A DNA stretch of 64,000 nt, from assembly GCF_006345805.1 (NCBI RefSeq), contig NC_043015.1, forward strand, positions 52,204,001 through 52,268,000, in the 5' to 3' direction. Of the stretch, positions 1 to 14,560 are shown piece after piece. Numbering within the stretch: position 1 is the stretch's first letter; each line of letters opens with the position of its first letter. A model generated the notes under the pieces. That model was not told the origin of the DNA. It saw nothing but the letters and a program-made list of their open reading frames with translations, and searched no databases. The stretch is from Octopus sinensis (taxonomy: Eukaryota). The position numbers and the translations under genes were made by a program.

Positions 1-480
1 TTCGGGGAAAGAGTTCATTATCCTGCACAATCGATTTCCCCTATGATCTCCGCAGCTACCTGCGGAGGCCAATCAGGGTCCTCAGTGCAGGACAGATCCC
101 CTTCCCTCCGGCCTTTTTTTTTACCTTCTTTACAAGGTTTTCTAAAGGCAACACTGAGATAAAAGGCAACACTGACTTGGGTGAGGATTGAACTCGCCAT
201 GTAACGAACCGAAATAGATAGGACAAAGCATTTTTTCACCGATATTCTAACGATTCAGTCAATCCACATCTTATTGACATCACAATAGCCATTAGCTTTG
301 CTAACATTCCAGTTGTCATGACAACAAGTATTGCAGTTCGTAATGTCATCGACCACGTGACAGCAAACATCGTTGACGTCACTTTTGCGAGTTTCTAATC
401 TCTCCGTCTGTTATCGTCAACGACATCACATCACCGAACATTTAACATCTAAGCAAATATGAGAATTACCATTCTGGATT

Positions 481-743
481 AATTTCCTCACCCTGCTCCT
501 CTCCGCCTCCTTCTCCTCTTCCTCGTCGGCGTCTTTATCACCGTTGTCATCGTCGCTGTCACGGTCTTTGTCGTCGCCGTCGGCGTCGTCGTCTTTATAC
601 TCATTATCATCATCATGAAAACCACCGCCACCACCACCATCATCATGATCATCATCATCACTACCATCATTATCACCATCACCACAGCCACCTTCAACAT
701 CATCACCACCATCACCACCACCACCACCACCACCATCATCATC

Positions 744-777
<34 letters not shown>

Positions 778-945
778 TCATCAGCAGCAGCATCTTTGTC
801 GTCCTCGACTCCGCCGCAGCTGTGATCGTGGTCATCATTATCATCATCGTCGGCATCGTCGTCCTCACCACCTCTACCACTACCACCACCTTCATCATCA
901 TCATCATCATCATCAACGAAGCAACAACAGCTACATCAACGTGAG
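481..945. repeat. Compound (ATC)n/(ACC)n/(GTC)n trinucleotide tract
   Basis: Direct reading; the ORFs here are homopolymeric (poly-I/T/M/V). Confidence 0.95.
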
Positions 946-979
946 CTTCATCCACTCCATCAACTTTATTCCCCATATA

Positions 980-1556
980 CACCAACTTCTGTCTCTCTAT
1001 CTCTATACTTCTCTCTTCCCCTCTCCCTTTTTCTCTCTCTCTCTTTCTATCTTCCCTTTTCTCCTCTCTCCCATTCTCAATCACATTATCTGAATCGGTC
1101 CCCCACTCTCTCTTTCTCTCTTATTGTCTCTTTCTTTCTTTCCTTTTCTCCCTCTTTCCATCTTCCTCTCTCTTTCCGTATCTCTCTCTCTCTTTCCATC
1201 TCTGTCTTTCTTTCCTTCTCTCTCTCTATCATATTTCTCTCTCTTTCCACATCTCTCCCTTTTCATCTCTCCCTCTCTTACCCTCTCTCTCTCACTTTCC
1301 GTCTCTCTGTCCTTCCATCTCTCTCTCTCCGTCTCTCACTCTTTCCGTCTCTCTCTCTTTCCACATCTCACTATCTTCCCATCTTTCTCTCTCCGTTTCC
1401 ATCTGTCCCTCTCTTGTCCTCTCTCTCTCTTTCCGCCTCTTTCTCTGTCTCTCTCTTCCCTTCTCTCTCTCCCTTTCTCTCTTTCCACATCTCTCTGTCT
1501 TCCCTTCTATCTCTCCGTTTTCATCTCTCCCTTTCTTACTGTCTCTCTCTCTCTTT

Positions 1557-1600
<44 letters not shown>
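980..1600. repeat. Degenerate (CT)n pyrimidine tract
   Basis: Almost pure C/T, ending in a perfect (CT)n run. Confidence 0.95.
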
Positions 1601-1603
<3 letters not shown>

Positions 1604-1993
1604 CATTGATTGCCGTATCAGTCACGTTAAACACCATGACCCCCAGAAGATATATCAACAACGAAATATAAACCATGACACAATACCTACGGAAATAGCA
1701 GACAATTAGGATCCCTCATATTACATCAAACTGTCTTTAAAACGAGAACGACAAACGGACAGACATAATATAAGATACACAAGATACAACAAAGGCAGAA
1801 AGGACTCTGTAGTCATCGATGTTCTTGACCGGGGCTGACCTGCGACTAAGCAACAAAGTTACAACAATATAACTCCAACAATAATAAGTATTGCAATAAT
1901 AACAACAGGAAGATTAATATACTACCAACGCTAGTAACAATACTATCACACAACCACCATCACCACCACCAACCAGAGCAACGACAGCATCAA

Positions 1994-2400
1994 GTGGAGG
2001 CGCAATGGCCCAGTGGTTAGGGCAGTGGACTCGTGGTCGTAAGAACGCAGTTTCGATTCCCAGACAGGACATTGTGAATGTTTCTGGAGCAAAAACACCT
2101 AAGCTCTACGAGGCTCCGGCGGGGTGGGGATGAACACCGATGTACTCTTTCATCACAACTTTCTCTCACTCTTTCTTCCTACTTCTTCCACAAAGCAGAG
2201 GAACCATGGTGTAACTCACTATGGTGTGGTAAACTTTCAGACCCTATTCTGGATTGCGAATCCTCCTTACACCAGGATGATTCAGCTCTCTACCCGTTAA
2301 AAGTCACCGTTTACGGAATGAGGATAACAACGTAGCTTTCGCGCCCGTGCAACCGCCAGTCTACCGTGTGTGGTGGGTGAATCTTCAAGATGCCACACGC
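1994..2400 (+). mobile_element. tRNA-derived SINE, family X head with tail P
   Basis: A-box TGGCCCAGTGG and B-box-like GTTTCGATTCC. About 170 bp are shared with 27620-27790. The 3' boundary is approximate. Confidence 0.75.
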
Positions 2401-2502
2401 ATTCTTAGTAGCTTAGAGTAGGCTTGAATTAGAGATTATTCTTTGTAGCTAATGGCGTGAGTCCTGATTGTAAGAAAACGAAGAAGGGGAAGAAAAGAAG
2501 AA

Positions 2503-2609
2503 AAGAAGAAGAAAAAGAAGAAGAAGAAGAAGAAGAAGAAGAAGAAGAAGAAGAAGAAGAAGAAGAAGAAGAAGAAGAAGAAGAAGAAGAAGAAGAAGAA
2601 GAAGAAGAA
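2503..2609. repeat. (GAA)n microsatellite
   Basis: Direct reading. Confidence 0.97.
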
Positions 2610-2790
2610 TACAGGATCAACAATAGCACCAATGGCAGGTGCGTTATATATTGTACTACAACGTATGCATGAAAAGTCGAGGTGGTCAAGGTGGATGGGT
2701 ACCTTTTGATCATAGGTTAGCTCGATCAGTGTTGGGCTGGGGTTAAATGACAGCTATAGTAAAGCTAACAGTATAAACAATATGACTAAT

Positions 2791-2972
2791 AATAGCACCA
2801 ACGTACGTTGGTCAAATCGAAGCTGGCTGAATAGGTGCTCGCTGAACGACGCAGAGCGAGATGAAATGAAGTGTCTTGCTCAAGCGTACAGCGCGCTCCT
2901 CGGTCCAGGGATTGGAACCACAATCTGGCAATCGAGAGTGCAGCTCTGCTAACCACTAGGCCACGCGCCTTC
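2791..2972 (-). mobile_element. tRNA-derived CORE-like SINE (OR2-like), 5' part
   Basis: Minus strand reads GGCGCGTGGCCTAGTGGTTAG...GGTTCCAATCCC...CTTGAGCAAGACACTTCATTTCA, with the CORE-like motif shared with 19231, 21645 and 45519. Confidence 0.75.
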
Positions 2973-3029
2973 ACTTCAGAAGAAGTTAGAGCAATAATGT
3001 CAAGAATCGTGGCAACAAAAATATCAATA

Positions 3030-3905
3030 ATAACAAAAACAATAACAACAACATCGTCATAAACACCACCACCATCATCATCAAAAACAACAACAACATC
3101 AGAAACAACATCTCTTGTTAGAGCAACAACATCGAAACAGCAAGAACTGCTTCAACAACGGCAGCAGCAACAATACCACCACCGCCACCACCATCACCAC
3201 CACTATCGCCATCGCGACCATCACCACTGCCACCACAACCATCATCATCATCATCATCATCATCACAGCCAGCGCCTCTAACACCACCACAATCACCATA
3301 ACAACCATCGCCACCTCCAACACATCTACCACCACTTCCTATCATCACTTCCACCATCACCATCTCCATCACCACCTCAATCACCACCGCAATGACCATC
3401 ACCCACATCACCACCTCCAACACCTTTACCACCACTTCTCATCATGACTTCCACCACAACCACCACCACCACCATCACCACTGCCATCACCACCACAACA
3501 CCCAACATCACCACCACACCTCCACCACAACCACCACAATACCTCCACCATAACCACCATAGCCACCACCACCACCACCACCATCCCCACCACCACCACC
3601 ATCATCACCACCACCACACTCGCCACCATCACCACCACACCACCATAACTACCATTACCACCTTCACCACCACCTTCACTACCACCACCACCATCACCAC
3701 CACCACCACCACCACCACCACCACCACCACCACCTTCACCACCGCCACCACCACCTTCACCACCACCACCACCACCACCACCACCATCACCACCACCACC
3801 ACCGTCACCACCACCTTCACCACCGCCACCACCACCATCACCACCTTCACCACCACATTCACCACCACCACCACCACCACCACCACCACCACCACCTTCC
3901 CCACC
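3030..3905. repeat. Compound (AAC)/(ATC)/(ACC)n tract
   Basis: Direct reading. Confidence 0.95.
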
Positions 3906-4261
3906 AGCAGTTGCATCTGCAAAAGAGCATCAGAAACGCTGAGCGGGGAATTTGCGGCCAGAAAAGAAAAACCGAAATCCGTCTTTACAAAGAGCGATGC
4001 AATTTAAATCGGCCATAATAATAATGCATTAAATTATACATGGAACTGCATCAGCTCTTCTTCAGCGAATGCAACTTTGCTAGCTGACTGCAATGCAATG
4101 CAGCGCATTATGATGGTGCGCATATGCTTGCAACAACATCCTTCGTTATCGTATGAACATTCGCCAAAGCACCAGTGTTTCCTTTTATCAATAACATGAA
4201 CTATTAATAAAATGCAAATAAATGCAAGACGGCGATGCACACTTGCAATTTGTCAATTCCA

Positions 4262-4503
4262 TTTGTTGTTGCCGTTGTTGTTGTTGCTGCTGCTTCTGTT
4301 GTTGTTGTTGTTGTTGTCATAGTCATCGTCGTCGTTGTTCATGGCTGCACTGAAATCGTTGAATAGAGAATGCTGGACTTGTAAAGAAGCAAATTCTAAT
4401 TCTGCTGTAGATGTCACCGCTGCTCATGTCGTTGCCGTTGTTGAGCTGTTGTTGTTGTTGTTGTTGTTGTTGTTACTATTGTTGTTGTTGTTGTTATTGT
4501 TGA

Positions 4504-4534
<31 letters not shown>

Positions 4535-5358
4535 GCTCTTTTCGTTGGTCGTAATGTTCGGGGTGACATTAGAGGTGCTTAATGATATTACTGCTCCCGA
4601 TATTAGCGTTGTTATTGGTGGTTGTGGTTGTGGTTGTGGTAGTCGTGGTGGTGGAGGTTGTGGTGGTGGTGGTGATGTTGGTGGTGTTTGTGGTAGTGGT
4701 TCTGCTAGTGATGGTTGTGGTGGTGGTGGCGTTAGTGGTGGTTGTGGTGGTGGTGATTGTGGCGGTGATTGTAGTGGTGGTGATTGTGGCGGTGATTGTA
4801 GTGGTGGTGGTGATTGTGGAGGTGATTGTTGTGGTGGTGGTGTTAGTGGTGACTGTGGCAGTGATGTTAGTAGTGGTTGGGGTGATATGATGTTGGTGGT
4901 GATTGAGGTGGTGGTTGTGCTAGTGGTGGTTGCGGTGCTGGTGGTGTTAGTGATGGTTGTGGTGGTGGGGTTAATGTTGGCTATGGTAGTGGTGGTGATG
5001 TTAGTGGTGGTTGGAGTAGTGATTGTAGTGGCGGTGGGGTTAGTGGTGGCTGTGATGGTGGTGGTGATGTTAGTGGTGGTTGTAGTAGTGGTGTTGGTGC
5101 TTGTGATGGTGGCGGTTATTCTGGTGGTGGTGGTGGTGGTGGTAGTGGTGAAGGTGGTGGTATTAATGGTATACTGTCAACTGTTGTTGTTACTATTACA
5201 TTTGTTGTTGTTGTTGTCGCTGCTGTTGTTCATAATGACGATGGCATTAAAAAAAGGCGACAAGGAAGAGAAATGAATAAAGACCACCAAATGGAGGAGA
5301 GGTGAGGCTGGTTGTAAATAATGATGACGATGAAAATGACGACGACGACGACGACGAC

Positions 5359-5415
<57 letters not shown>

Positions 5416-5490
5416 GGTGATGTTGAAGGTGATGATAGTGACGACGACAACGATGATGATGATGACGATGATGGTGATGATAATGATGAC
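4262..5490. repeat. Compound (GTT)/(GGT)/(GAT)n tract
   Basis: Direct reading. The 313-aa ORF at 4335-5276 is a translation of this tract. Confidence 0.93.
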
Positions 5491-5519
5491 GTCGAAGATG
5501 ACACGGACATTTCAACGTG

Positions 5520-5738
5520 CAGTAATCCCTCAACTATTGCGGGTGGTACGTTCCAGCCCCACGATAGGTGAAAATCCGCAAAGTAGAAACAGTACTGTAT
5601 ATATTCATTATTATAATTATAATTTGTTATTATTTATTGTATTATAAATGCAAAACAACACCACAGAGAAGTCGACGTAAGCTTAAATGATAAACCGCTA
5701 TAAGTGAACCGCGATAGTTAAACCGCGATGGATTACTG
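5520..5738. mobile_element. Tc1/mariner (pogo/Tigger-like) MITE
   Basis: Ends CAGTAATCCC... / ...GGATTACTG followed by TA, with internal CCGCGATAG repeats. Homologous to 25939-26656. Confidence 0.7.
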
Positions 5739-5788
5739 TAATTCCACAGCTTTCCTTCCTATAGTTTCTATTTCAATTTCAGTCGCAG

Positions 5789-5866
5789 AAGGTGCCACGC
5801 AGTGGGATTGAAACCGTAACCGTGTAGTTTGGAAGCAAACTTCTTTCCATACAGCCACGCCTACCC
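5789..5866 (-). mobile_element. SINE family A (OK-like), head fragment
   Basis: AAGGTGCCACGCAGTGGGATTGAA...CAGCCACGCC matches the reverse complement of the head of the 33838 copy. Confidence 0.75.
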
Positions 5867-6249
5867 CTGTTTATTTTATTCATTAAGAGACCGATAAAAT
5901 AAGTATTTCGCACATTATAAAGCTAATGTTATCTCCTTAACATCTTTCTAATTTTAACATCTATAGATACTGTGAAAACACCTTTATAGATTTGTTCGAT
6001 ATGGTAGAAATAGCAGCTAAATTCAACTCAAATTACATCCTACTTTCTTAGGGTAGAATTTGAAACATACGGTTCTTACATGCCGCTTGTTTTTTTTATA
6101 AAATACAAGAATTATCATGCTTGGAATGTCTTAATTGTGAGTCTAATTAAACAAAGACGAGCAATGGTTAGATACCTTTTATTTCTGTTAGTATCTAGGC
6201 CATGCTGGGGCACCACTTTCAAGAGTTTTACTAGTCTTGCAAAGCATTC

Positions 6250-6489
6250 TGGGAATTGAAAACAATTGATACCCGTCCTTTCAATGCAACCTGGGGAATT
6301 CTAGAAAAAGCATCATCAAACAGACATGGGGCTTATAAAAGACCTATGAAATGTAATCATTGCCTCTCAGAAAAGTTTTTCATCCTGTTCCAGGATACAC
6401 ATAATTTGAACCAGAGATGCGAGCTCTTAAATTCCTGCAGGCACGCCGCGCTGTTTAGAATTTCAACCGATAAAATACCGTATGGATAA
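6250..6489 (+). pseudogene. Penelope-like element, GIY-YIG endonuclease C-terminus (fragment)
   Basis: WELK...WGILEKA...KCNHCLSEKFFIL...NLNQRCELLNSCRH fits the recalled PLE C-terminal pattern W.I..KA...CNLCL.EK..I...LN.RSEL.S.CRH. Confidence 0.75.
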
Positions 6490-6816
6490 AATGTTTTTAT
6501 TTCCGGAAAATTTTGAATATCGCATTTGAATTTTTTAACGGATATATCTTTTAATTCCTTAATTTATTATCATTTTTAAAGCTAATTATTTAACCTAGGT
6601 ACTCAGGCCTTTTGCTTCTTCATGAGCTATTTTGATTCAAGGTTTTCTTCGATTTTTTGTTATAATAATATGATTTGAAACCGCAATTTGTTGTTTCATG
6701 CAACAGGTTATTGAAAAGACCGTTAGTTGAAAGGACCAATGAAACAAAACCATTTTCAAATGTGTATCTATCAAAGTAATTGTATTTCTGCAAATAACTT
6801 TATCTTGCTCCAGTTA

Positions 6817-7040
6817 TTCTTTTACTTGTTTCAGTCATTTGACTGCGGCCATGCTGGAGTACCGCCTTTAGTCGAGCAAATCGACCCCAGGACTTATACA
6901 TTGAAAGCCTAGTACTTATTCTATCGGTCACTTTTGCTGAACTGCTAAGTTACGAGATATAAGCACACCAGCATCGGTTGTCAAGTGATGGTGGCGGGAC
7001 AAGTACAGACACATACACACAAATATATACATATATAGAA
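6817..7040 (-). mobile_element. SINE family A, 3' half
   Basis: TCTTTTACTTGTTTCAGTCATTTGACTGCGGCCATGCTGGAG... is the reverse complement of the 33838 tail. Confidence 0.9.
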
Positions 7041-7559
7041 TAGACTCCTCAGCCGTTAGACGACGTATAAACAGCTGATTTGTTTATAATAGTCATATGC
7101 TTGTGCAGACATGTACTCCTCATTTCGAGCATTCAACGACAATATGAGTCTTCAAAGACACTTGCTCCCATAAATTCTAAAATGAAATTTAGGATTTATG
7201 GAGGGTCAAAGTTGGGAACAAAAACAGGACAGCGATGATATACAAGGGAACCGAACGAAAGCAAACATGGAGGGTTGTTGGAACAGAACGAGAGAAAAAT
7301 AGTGAACGCTGGGGAAATATTTTCTTTGAAAAGAGAAAAGATAGAAGAGAGAGAAATAAAACGTCCAGTCTTTTGAACGTTCGTGCAGGAAAAGAAAGAT
7401 GGTCACATGAGGAAAAAGTAAGATGTAAAATGGTCACGCGAGAGCAACGAGAGAGAGAAAAAAATAAAAAGAGAGGAGAGTAGATACACAACCTATAACT
7501 AATGAAGGGACCCTTCTCTGTGTTTACTTTTCCTGTTGTTTGCATATATATTTTTTTTT

Positions 7560-7621
7560 TATCATTTATTATTACTTTTTTAATTGAACGCCGCACATCC
7601 ATTTCTGAGTAAGTTTACACA

Positions 7622-7692
<71 letters not shown>

Positions 7693-7850
7693 ATATATAT
7701 ATATATATTATATATATACAAAGGGCGTCCACACAGTTTCCATCTACCACATTCATGTTCATTCACAATTCATCCGTTGCCCCCGCGCATTGCGACCGAA
7801 CCCGAACCACATGCTTGCAAAGCGGTCTTCTTAGCCCAACACCTCTGATC
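7560..7850 (-). mobile_element. SINE-like element with a family-A-like head and internal TA/CA microsatellite but a different tail
   Basis: Minus strand reads ...GCATGTGGTTCGGGTTCGGT...GTAGATGGAAACTG...(TA)(TG)n. Confidence 0.45.
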
Positions 7851-8938
7851 GCACCTATTTTATTTATTTAGTTACTTATATATTTACGCATTCATTTTGT
7901 CTATTTAAATTAGCTGAAACTTATTGCTATCAACTAAGCCTCGTTTTTAAATGCTTTGCCCAGTCTAATCTGATAGCTAAATTGTTGTATTTCTCGGTTT
8001 CTCGTTTTAATGTGACATTACATGAAACTATTGTTTTGATATGTCAACAAGAAATAGTATAATCATTTTGTTTTCAATAAATTGGTCGTCTGTTTCAGTC
8101 AAAAGAATGTATGTATGTGTATGTGGTAAGCTGCTAACACACTGAACTACACGACGCCTTTACTGAATGACACGACGCCATTACTTAAAAACACGCCGTC
8201 ATTAATGAATTACAGGCCATCATTGTTGTAATAGTAGTCGCCATTACAGTTCTTATTTAATAGCTAATTTGCTTTCAGTACTGTCACTTGTGACATTAGG
8301 ATATTACGAAACGTCACAACTTCTCTTTCTGAATAAATTACAATACTAGCAGACATACCATCTTGTGTTAAAGTTTCTCACTAGAATTTTAAATGAAATT
8401 CAATGGATGTTTTTATCTCAGCTGAGTCGAAAGGCTGGTAGATGTCAATAATATAACCTGTCCAAATTGAATTATATCGACGTAAGGAATCGATGACAGA
8501 GTTTATATTCGTTTGCATAATTCAGTCACGGGTACAGACGGATTTTGACGAATTGACCAACCCCAGAACTTTTGTTTCGAAGTTAATTTCTCGATCCTAA
8601 ATGAAGCCGTAACCAAACGCAATAATGGCGGAAAGACCTAACGGAAGCGGTACCGCATAAATCACGTTACGTTCGTGGTATGCGTCTATATTACGATTCT
8701 GTATCGATATGCTTGTCGGTCTGAGTCAGTGAATTTGTATACGTGTGTGTGTGTCTGTGTTGTATGGTGTGGGTGTGTTTCTTAAAATAAGATTATTTTA
8801 AAACAACATTTACTGGTAAAGGCGCCTGTATTGTGAAAGTAAAGACGACTTCATATATTAGGAATATATATAATGGTCATCAACGTAATTTGGAAGTCAC
8901 TTTATGTGCTTATCTACCTATCAATCTATCACTATGTC

Positions 8939-8980
<42 letters not shown>

Positions 8981-8983
<3 letters not shown>

Positions 8984-9169
8984 AATTGCAGCATGGAAGG
9001 TGTTTATAAGCCATTTAAACACATAAAACAGTTAGATTCACTTCAACATTGAAATTTAATTTGCCAAAATATTTTCGTCGCTTTGAGACCGCCACCTATT
9101 TGTTCACTGACAAAATTCCGTGCTGCATCTTTTGTCAGTGAACAAGTTCGCGGTCTCAAAGCGACGAAA
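8981..9169. mobile_element. Interspersed repeat (same family as 44684-44877) ending in a two-part perfect hairpin
   Basis: 8982-9070 aligns with 44722-44814. Stems are 9073-9092/9150-9169 (20 bp) and 9100-9115/9130-9145 (16 bp). Confidence 0.85.
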
Positions 9170-9209
9170 GTATCAGGTTGATTACGTCGTATCAGGTTGC
9201 TTACGACGA

Positions 9210-9242
9210 TATGATGATGATGATAACGATGATGATGATAAC

Positions 9243-9296
<54 letters not shown>

Positions 9297-9387
9297 GGTG
9301 GTGGTGGTGGTAGTGGTGGTGGTGGTGGTTGTGGTGGTGGTGGTGGTGGTGGTGGTGGTGGTGGTGGTGGTATCATTATTGTTATTA

Positions 9388-9455
<68 letters not shown>

Positions 9456-9515
9456 GTAGTAGTAGTAGTAGTAACAACAACAACAACAACAATAACTATA
9501 ACAACAACAGCAACA
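9210..9515. repeat. Serial (GAT)(GGT)(ATT)(AGT)(AAC) trinucleotide blocks
   Basis: Direct reading. Confidence 0.95.
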
Positions 9516-10171
9516 ACAATCATACACTTGCATCAACGATTTCCAACATTGATAGGATACTACCTCAATGCTGTACGTTGTATTCCTCTTCGGTATGCGC
9601 ATGCTCACCATTCTGCCTCCATACAGACTGTAAGAAATAAAAGCCAAACCTCCCTGCTTTTAAAAAAGGCAAGGACATATAACACAATAAAATTTAAGGT
9701 ACACACTGCCTACAAGCAAAAGAGTTCATATTGTCACGTTTGAAATGTCTTTGATCGTTTGTGTTGCGAAACATGGCGGCGTTGCACCTATACAACACAC
9801 TCCAATATACTGTATTTAATAACACAATTTCAGTACTATAAAAGTACTGTAAAAGTCTCGAATATAGGACGAGATAAATATTTGCTTTCTAACTAAAAAC
9901 CGGATTAGGACAGAGAGAGGAAGACGAACGCCATAGACGAGACACAAACACCCAAATTGTGTATATAATCTACAATCTGAAGTAAAAATAAAGCTTTTTT
10001 TTTTCATAAATTACATAAGAGCCAAGTTCTCTTTCGAGGTGCATTGTTCATTGGTGCAGTTCGAATGTGCAGTCATTGCACCTGAGCAAGGAAAATAAGT
10101 ATTTCAAGAAATATTTTTATTGCCAGAAGTTATTCAATACCATATGTGTGGGTTTATGCATATCAATATAT

Positions 10172-10202
<31 letters not shown>

Positions 10203-10397
10203 CACAAAAAAGTTTAAATATAGTGTATATATCATATATATAAATATATATACATACATATACAGAATGTGAGAGAGCAGGATAGAAAGAAAGATGAATA
10301 GCAAGATAGATATACATATATCATACATATCTATGTAGACATATACAGATACATATGAATATATATTTATGTATATATATATACGTGTGTTTTTGTT

Positions 10398-10399
<2 letters not shown>

Positions 10400-10452
<53 letters not shown>

Positions 10453-10469
10453 TGAGAGAGATAGACAGT

Positions 10470-10504
<35 letters not shown>

Positions 10505-10587
10505 TGACTGACTGACTGACTGACAGGCAGAAAGACAGACAGATAGATAGATATATTGATTGATTGATTGATTGATAGATAGATAGC

Positions 10588-10680
<93 letters not shown>
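10400..10680. repeat. (CT)(TA)(GACA)(GATA)n compound microsatellite
   Basis: Direct reading. Confidence 0.95.
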
Positions 10681-10681
<1 letters not shown>

Positions 10682-11350
10682 TTGTAAACCGGACAGAAAG
10701 TTCGAAGAAATAACAATAGTTATGTTTAATTGTCTTCACAGGGAACCTAACATATCTAATCCGAGTGAAAATACGAAACACCCCAGTTGAAACGGGTTTT
10801 GAAATGTGATGATTATAAGGAAAATGTATTTCATGAATTGAAATAGCCAGCATTTTTATTTTTGAAGACATTGCTACATTAAAAATCATATAATCTCGAA
10901 GCACGATTATTCTCAAGGAAAAAGCAAAATGGAGTCCAAGTGCGATTGCTGTCTCCTTTTACCGCCATTGATTATTTGATAAATGGTGGTAAAAATATAT
11001 ATGCTTCAATAGGAAGTCGTGTGGATTACTTTACATTATTTAGTAGGGTAAATTATATGATCGATGATCAAATTCACTTGTGATCGATCCAACTATCGAT
11101 CACAACAAGGTCACGTATATAATTAAGAGTTAGTGTAGTACATTCAAACGAAACGTAGATGCCCTCTTTCTTTAGACCGATGCATACATACATACTTACA
11201 CACGTACATAGCACATACATATATATACACCAATGTATATACATATATGTATATATATATTATACACGCACACGTACGAGTCTTCTCCATAAATATATAT
11301 ATGTGTGTGTGCGTATAAATATACATACATGTATATATAATATTTATATA

Positions 11351-11408
<58 letters not shown>

Positions 11409-11579
11409 GCAGAAATGCATATGCATATATGTATACGTATATAAATATATATACAAACATACATGCACGCATACAAGGCTTCTCCATAAATATATATATG
11501 CATGTGTGTATAAATATACATATTCGTATATGTACGTATATATGTATATGCATGTACTCTCCTATATCATATATACCCG

Positions 11580-11621
<42 letters not shown>

Positions 11622-12283
11622 TATATACATAACTACATACATACATTGATATACACACGTACCTACACACAAGCACATACGCCTGCATGTATGAATGTTT
11701 GGGTATATATATGTATGTATATATATGCATGTATGTATGTGTGTGTGTGTGTGTGTATTGAGAGAAGTTCTCGTTACTCAGACAAAAGCCAGCTAAAAGC
11801 CTTCTTCTTACACACAAACTTTATACTTTTAGATTCCCGGAGAAGGTCACCATATAATGCAAAACCTTACAGTAACATTGGACATTACGTATGCGGAAAT
11901 GAAGAGAACTCCCATAAGCTGCGAACATTCTTTGAATTGCGTAAACCCTGCCTGAATAGTTTTAGAAGATAGCGCTGAAGCAGAAAGAAAATGTTTTTAT
12001 GATTGATATACTGCGTTATCAATGATGCAATTTTAACTATTATTCCAGTGTAGGGCAATTATGAAGCCAGGTTCCTATATAACCACGTCTTCCATTGGTT
12101 TTGGCTAGAATAATGATAACGATGGTTTGTGTATGTGCTGTGTGTGTCTGTGTGTGTTTCTGACTTCTATATATTTCTGCATATTTCTATTCTCTTACCT
12201 GTCTATCTATCTATCTATTTCTCTATCTATCTATCTACCTACCTCCCTACCTACCTACCTACCAACCTCTCCACCTACCTATG

Positions 12284-12412
<129 letters not shown>

Positions 12413-12612
12413 TATACATCTTCTAACCACCTATAATCTCTCTCTCCATTCTCCTATCAACTATTTAACCGTATATCTAGCTGTCTCTATGTCTCTGTCT
12501 CTGTCCCTGTCTGTCTGTCTGTATTCTCCATGCATATATGCATGAATACATACATACAGACATATATATATATATACCTATATATACATATATCATAATA
12601 ATAATAATAATA

Positions 12613-12659
<47 letters not shown>

Positions 12660-12710
12660 TATAGAGAGAGAAGGGGAGAGAGAGAGTGAAAGATAGGTAT
12701 ATATATATAT

Positions 12711-12853
<143 letters not shown>

Positions 12854-13929
12854 CAGATATCCACATGCTCCTCTGCGAGCAAACGAAAAAGAAGTCTGTT
12901 ATGGCACTTATACGTGTGTCACATCTTTTATCTTCTTATTAAGTCTACACTTTAGATTCTAAACATTTGCTATTCTATGAGACGTGTGTTTGACTTTAAG
13001 AAGTGTCTGTCTGTCTGTCTATGAGTTTTGTTGGTCGGTTGGTTGGTTGGTTGGTCGATTGGTTGGCTGGTTGTTCGGTTGGTGTGTAGGTCGTTTTGTT
13101 CGATGTTGCAATCGGTCGGTCGGTCGGTCGAATTTTATATTCTATAATTCCTGTGGCAGAATATTCACATTCCGATGCTAACAGAATCGTATTGGGGGAT
13201 GCGGAAATGTAGCTAATATGAGATGAATCCCTAATATATATACAATCCCTGGAAACATGCATGAACCAAACCCCACCCTTCCACCACCACCACCACCGCC
13301 GCCACCACCATAACTCCTACGTAAACCTAACTCTCCCCTCTAGCCCCTAATTTGTCGGAGAATGTTGGTGGTGGGTGGGGGGTAGAATGGGGGGTGGAAT
13401 TTGCGAAGGAAGAGAAGAAATTATAGAAATCAATACAAGAACGTTGTGAACAACGAGGCTTTTTACAATGCGTTTTGAGTCACGTGCCGCTCGCTCGCTT
13501 GCTGGTTGGCTGGCTGGTGGCTGGCTGGCTGGCTGGCCGGTTTTCTCTGGTCGGTTTGTTCTCTCCATTCGCTTCTCAAACATGTAAAACCCCTTTCTCT
13601 CGCATCACACTCCTTCAATATCTTCCAAACCTTCCTCAACCTTATTCAGTCAATCTCACTCTTTTGGGTGTCCTTTTCACACACATATTTCACCTTTTCT
13701 ATTCTTCTTCTTGCTGCTCTTGTCCCTCTCATAATAATACATGATGGCAGCATTTTTACTTCTTAATTTTCTTGATTTATCCACCATTATTTGTATTCTT
13801 TCTCAACCACACATTTTTGTGGTTTTGTACATTTATTTATGATTATTGTTGTTGCTGCAGCTATTTTCGCTCTCATTATTGTTGTTTTTTCATTGTTGTC
13901 GATGACGTTGTTGTTGCTGTTGTTTTTGA

Positions 13930-13946
13930 TGTAATCGTTATTATTA

Positions 13947-14010
<64 letters not shown>

Positions 14011-14154
14011 CATCATCATCATAATCATCAACATCATCAGTATATTATTATTATTATTATTATTATATTATTATTATTATTATTATTATATTATTATTAT
14101 TATTATATTATTATTATTGTTATCATTATTATTATTATTATTATCATTATTATA

Positions 14155-14185
<31 letters not shown>

Positions 14186-14284
14186 ATTAATTGATATCAT
14201 TATTATTATTATTATATTATTATTATTATTATCATTATTATTATTATATATTATTATATTATTTTTATTATTATATCATCATCA

Positions 14285-14316
<32 letters not shown>

Positions 14317-14475
14317 GTTATCATTATTATTATTATTATTATTATTTGGGTATTATCATATCATTATTATTATTATTATATTATATTATATTATTACTAT
14401 TATTATTATTATTATTATTATTAACTATTATTATTATTATTATTAATTATTATTATTATTATTACTATATTATTA

Positions 14476-14508
<33 letters not shown>

Positions 14509-14509
14509 A

Positions 14510-14545
<36 letters not shown>

Positions 14546-14560
14546 CATCATCAATGCGAT
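13930..14560. repeat. (ATT)n degenerate tract
   Basis: Direct reading. Confidence 0.95.

Noticed and set aside
11760-11960. Possible L2-like RT fragment on the minus strand (YLLKLFRQGL...PMLL*GFALYG)
   Set aside because: It is short with several stops, and the resemblance is too weak to call by eye.
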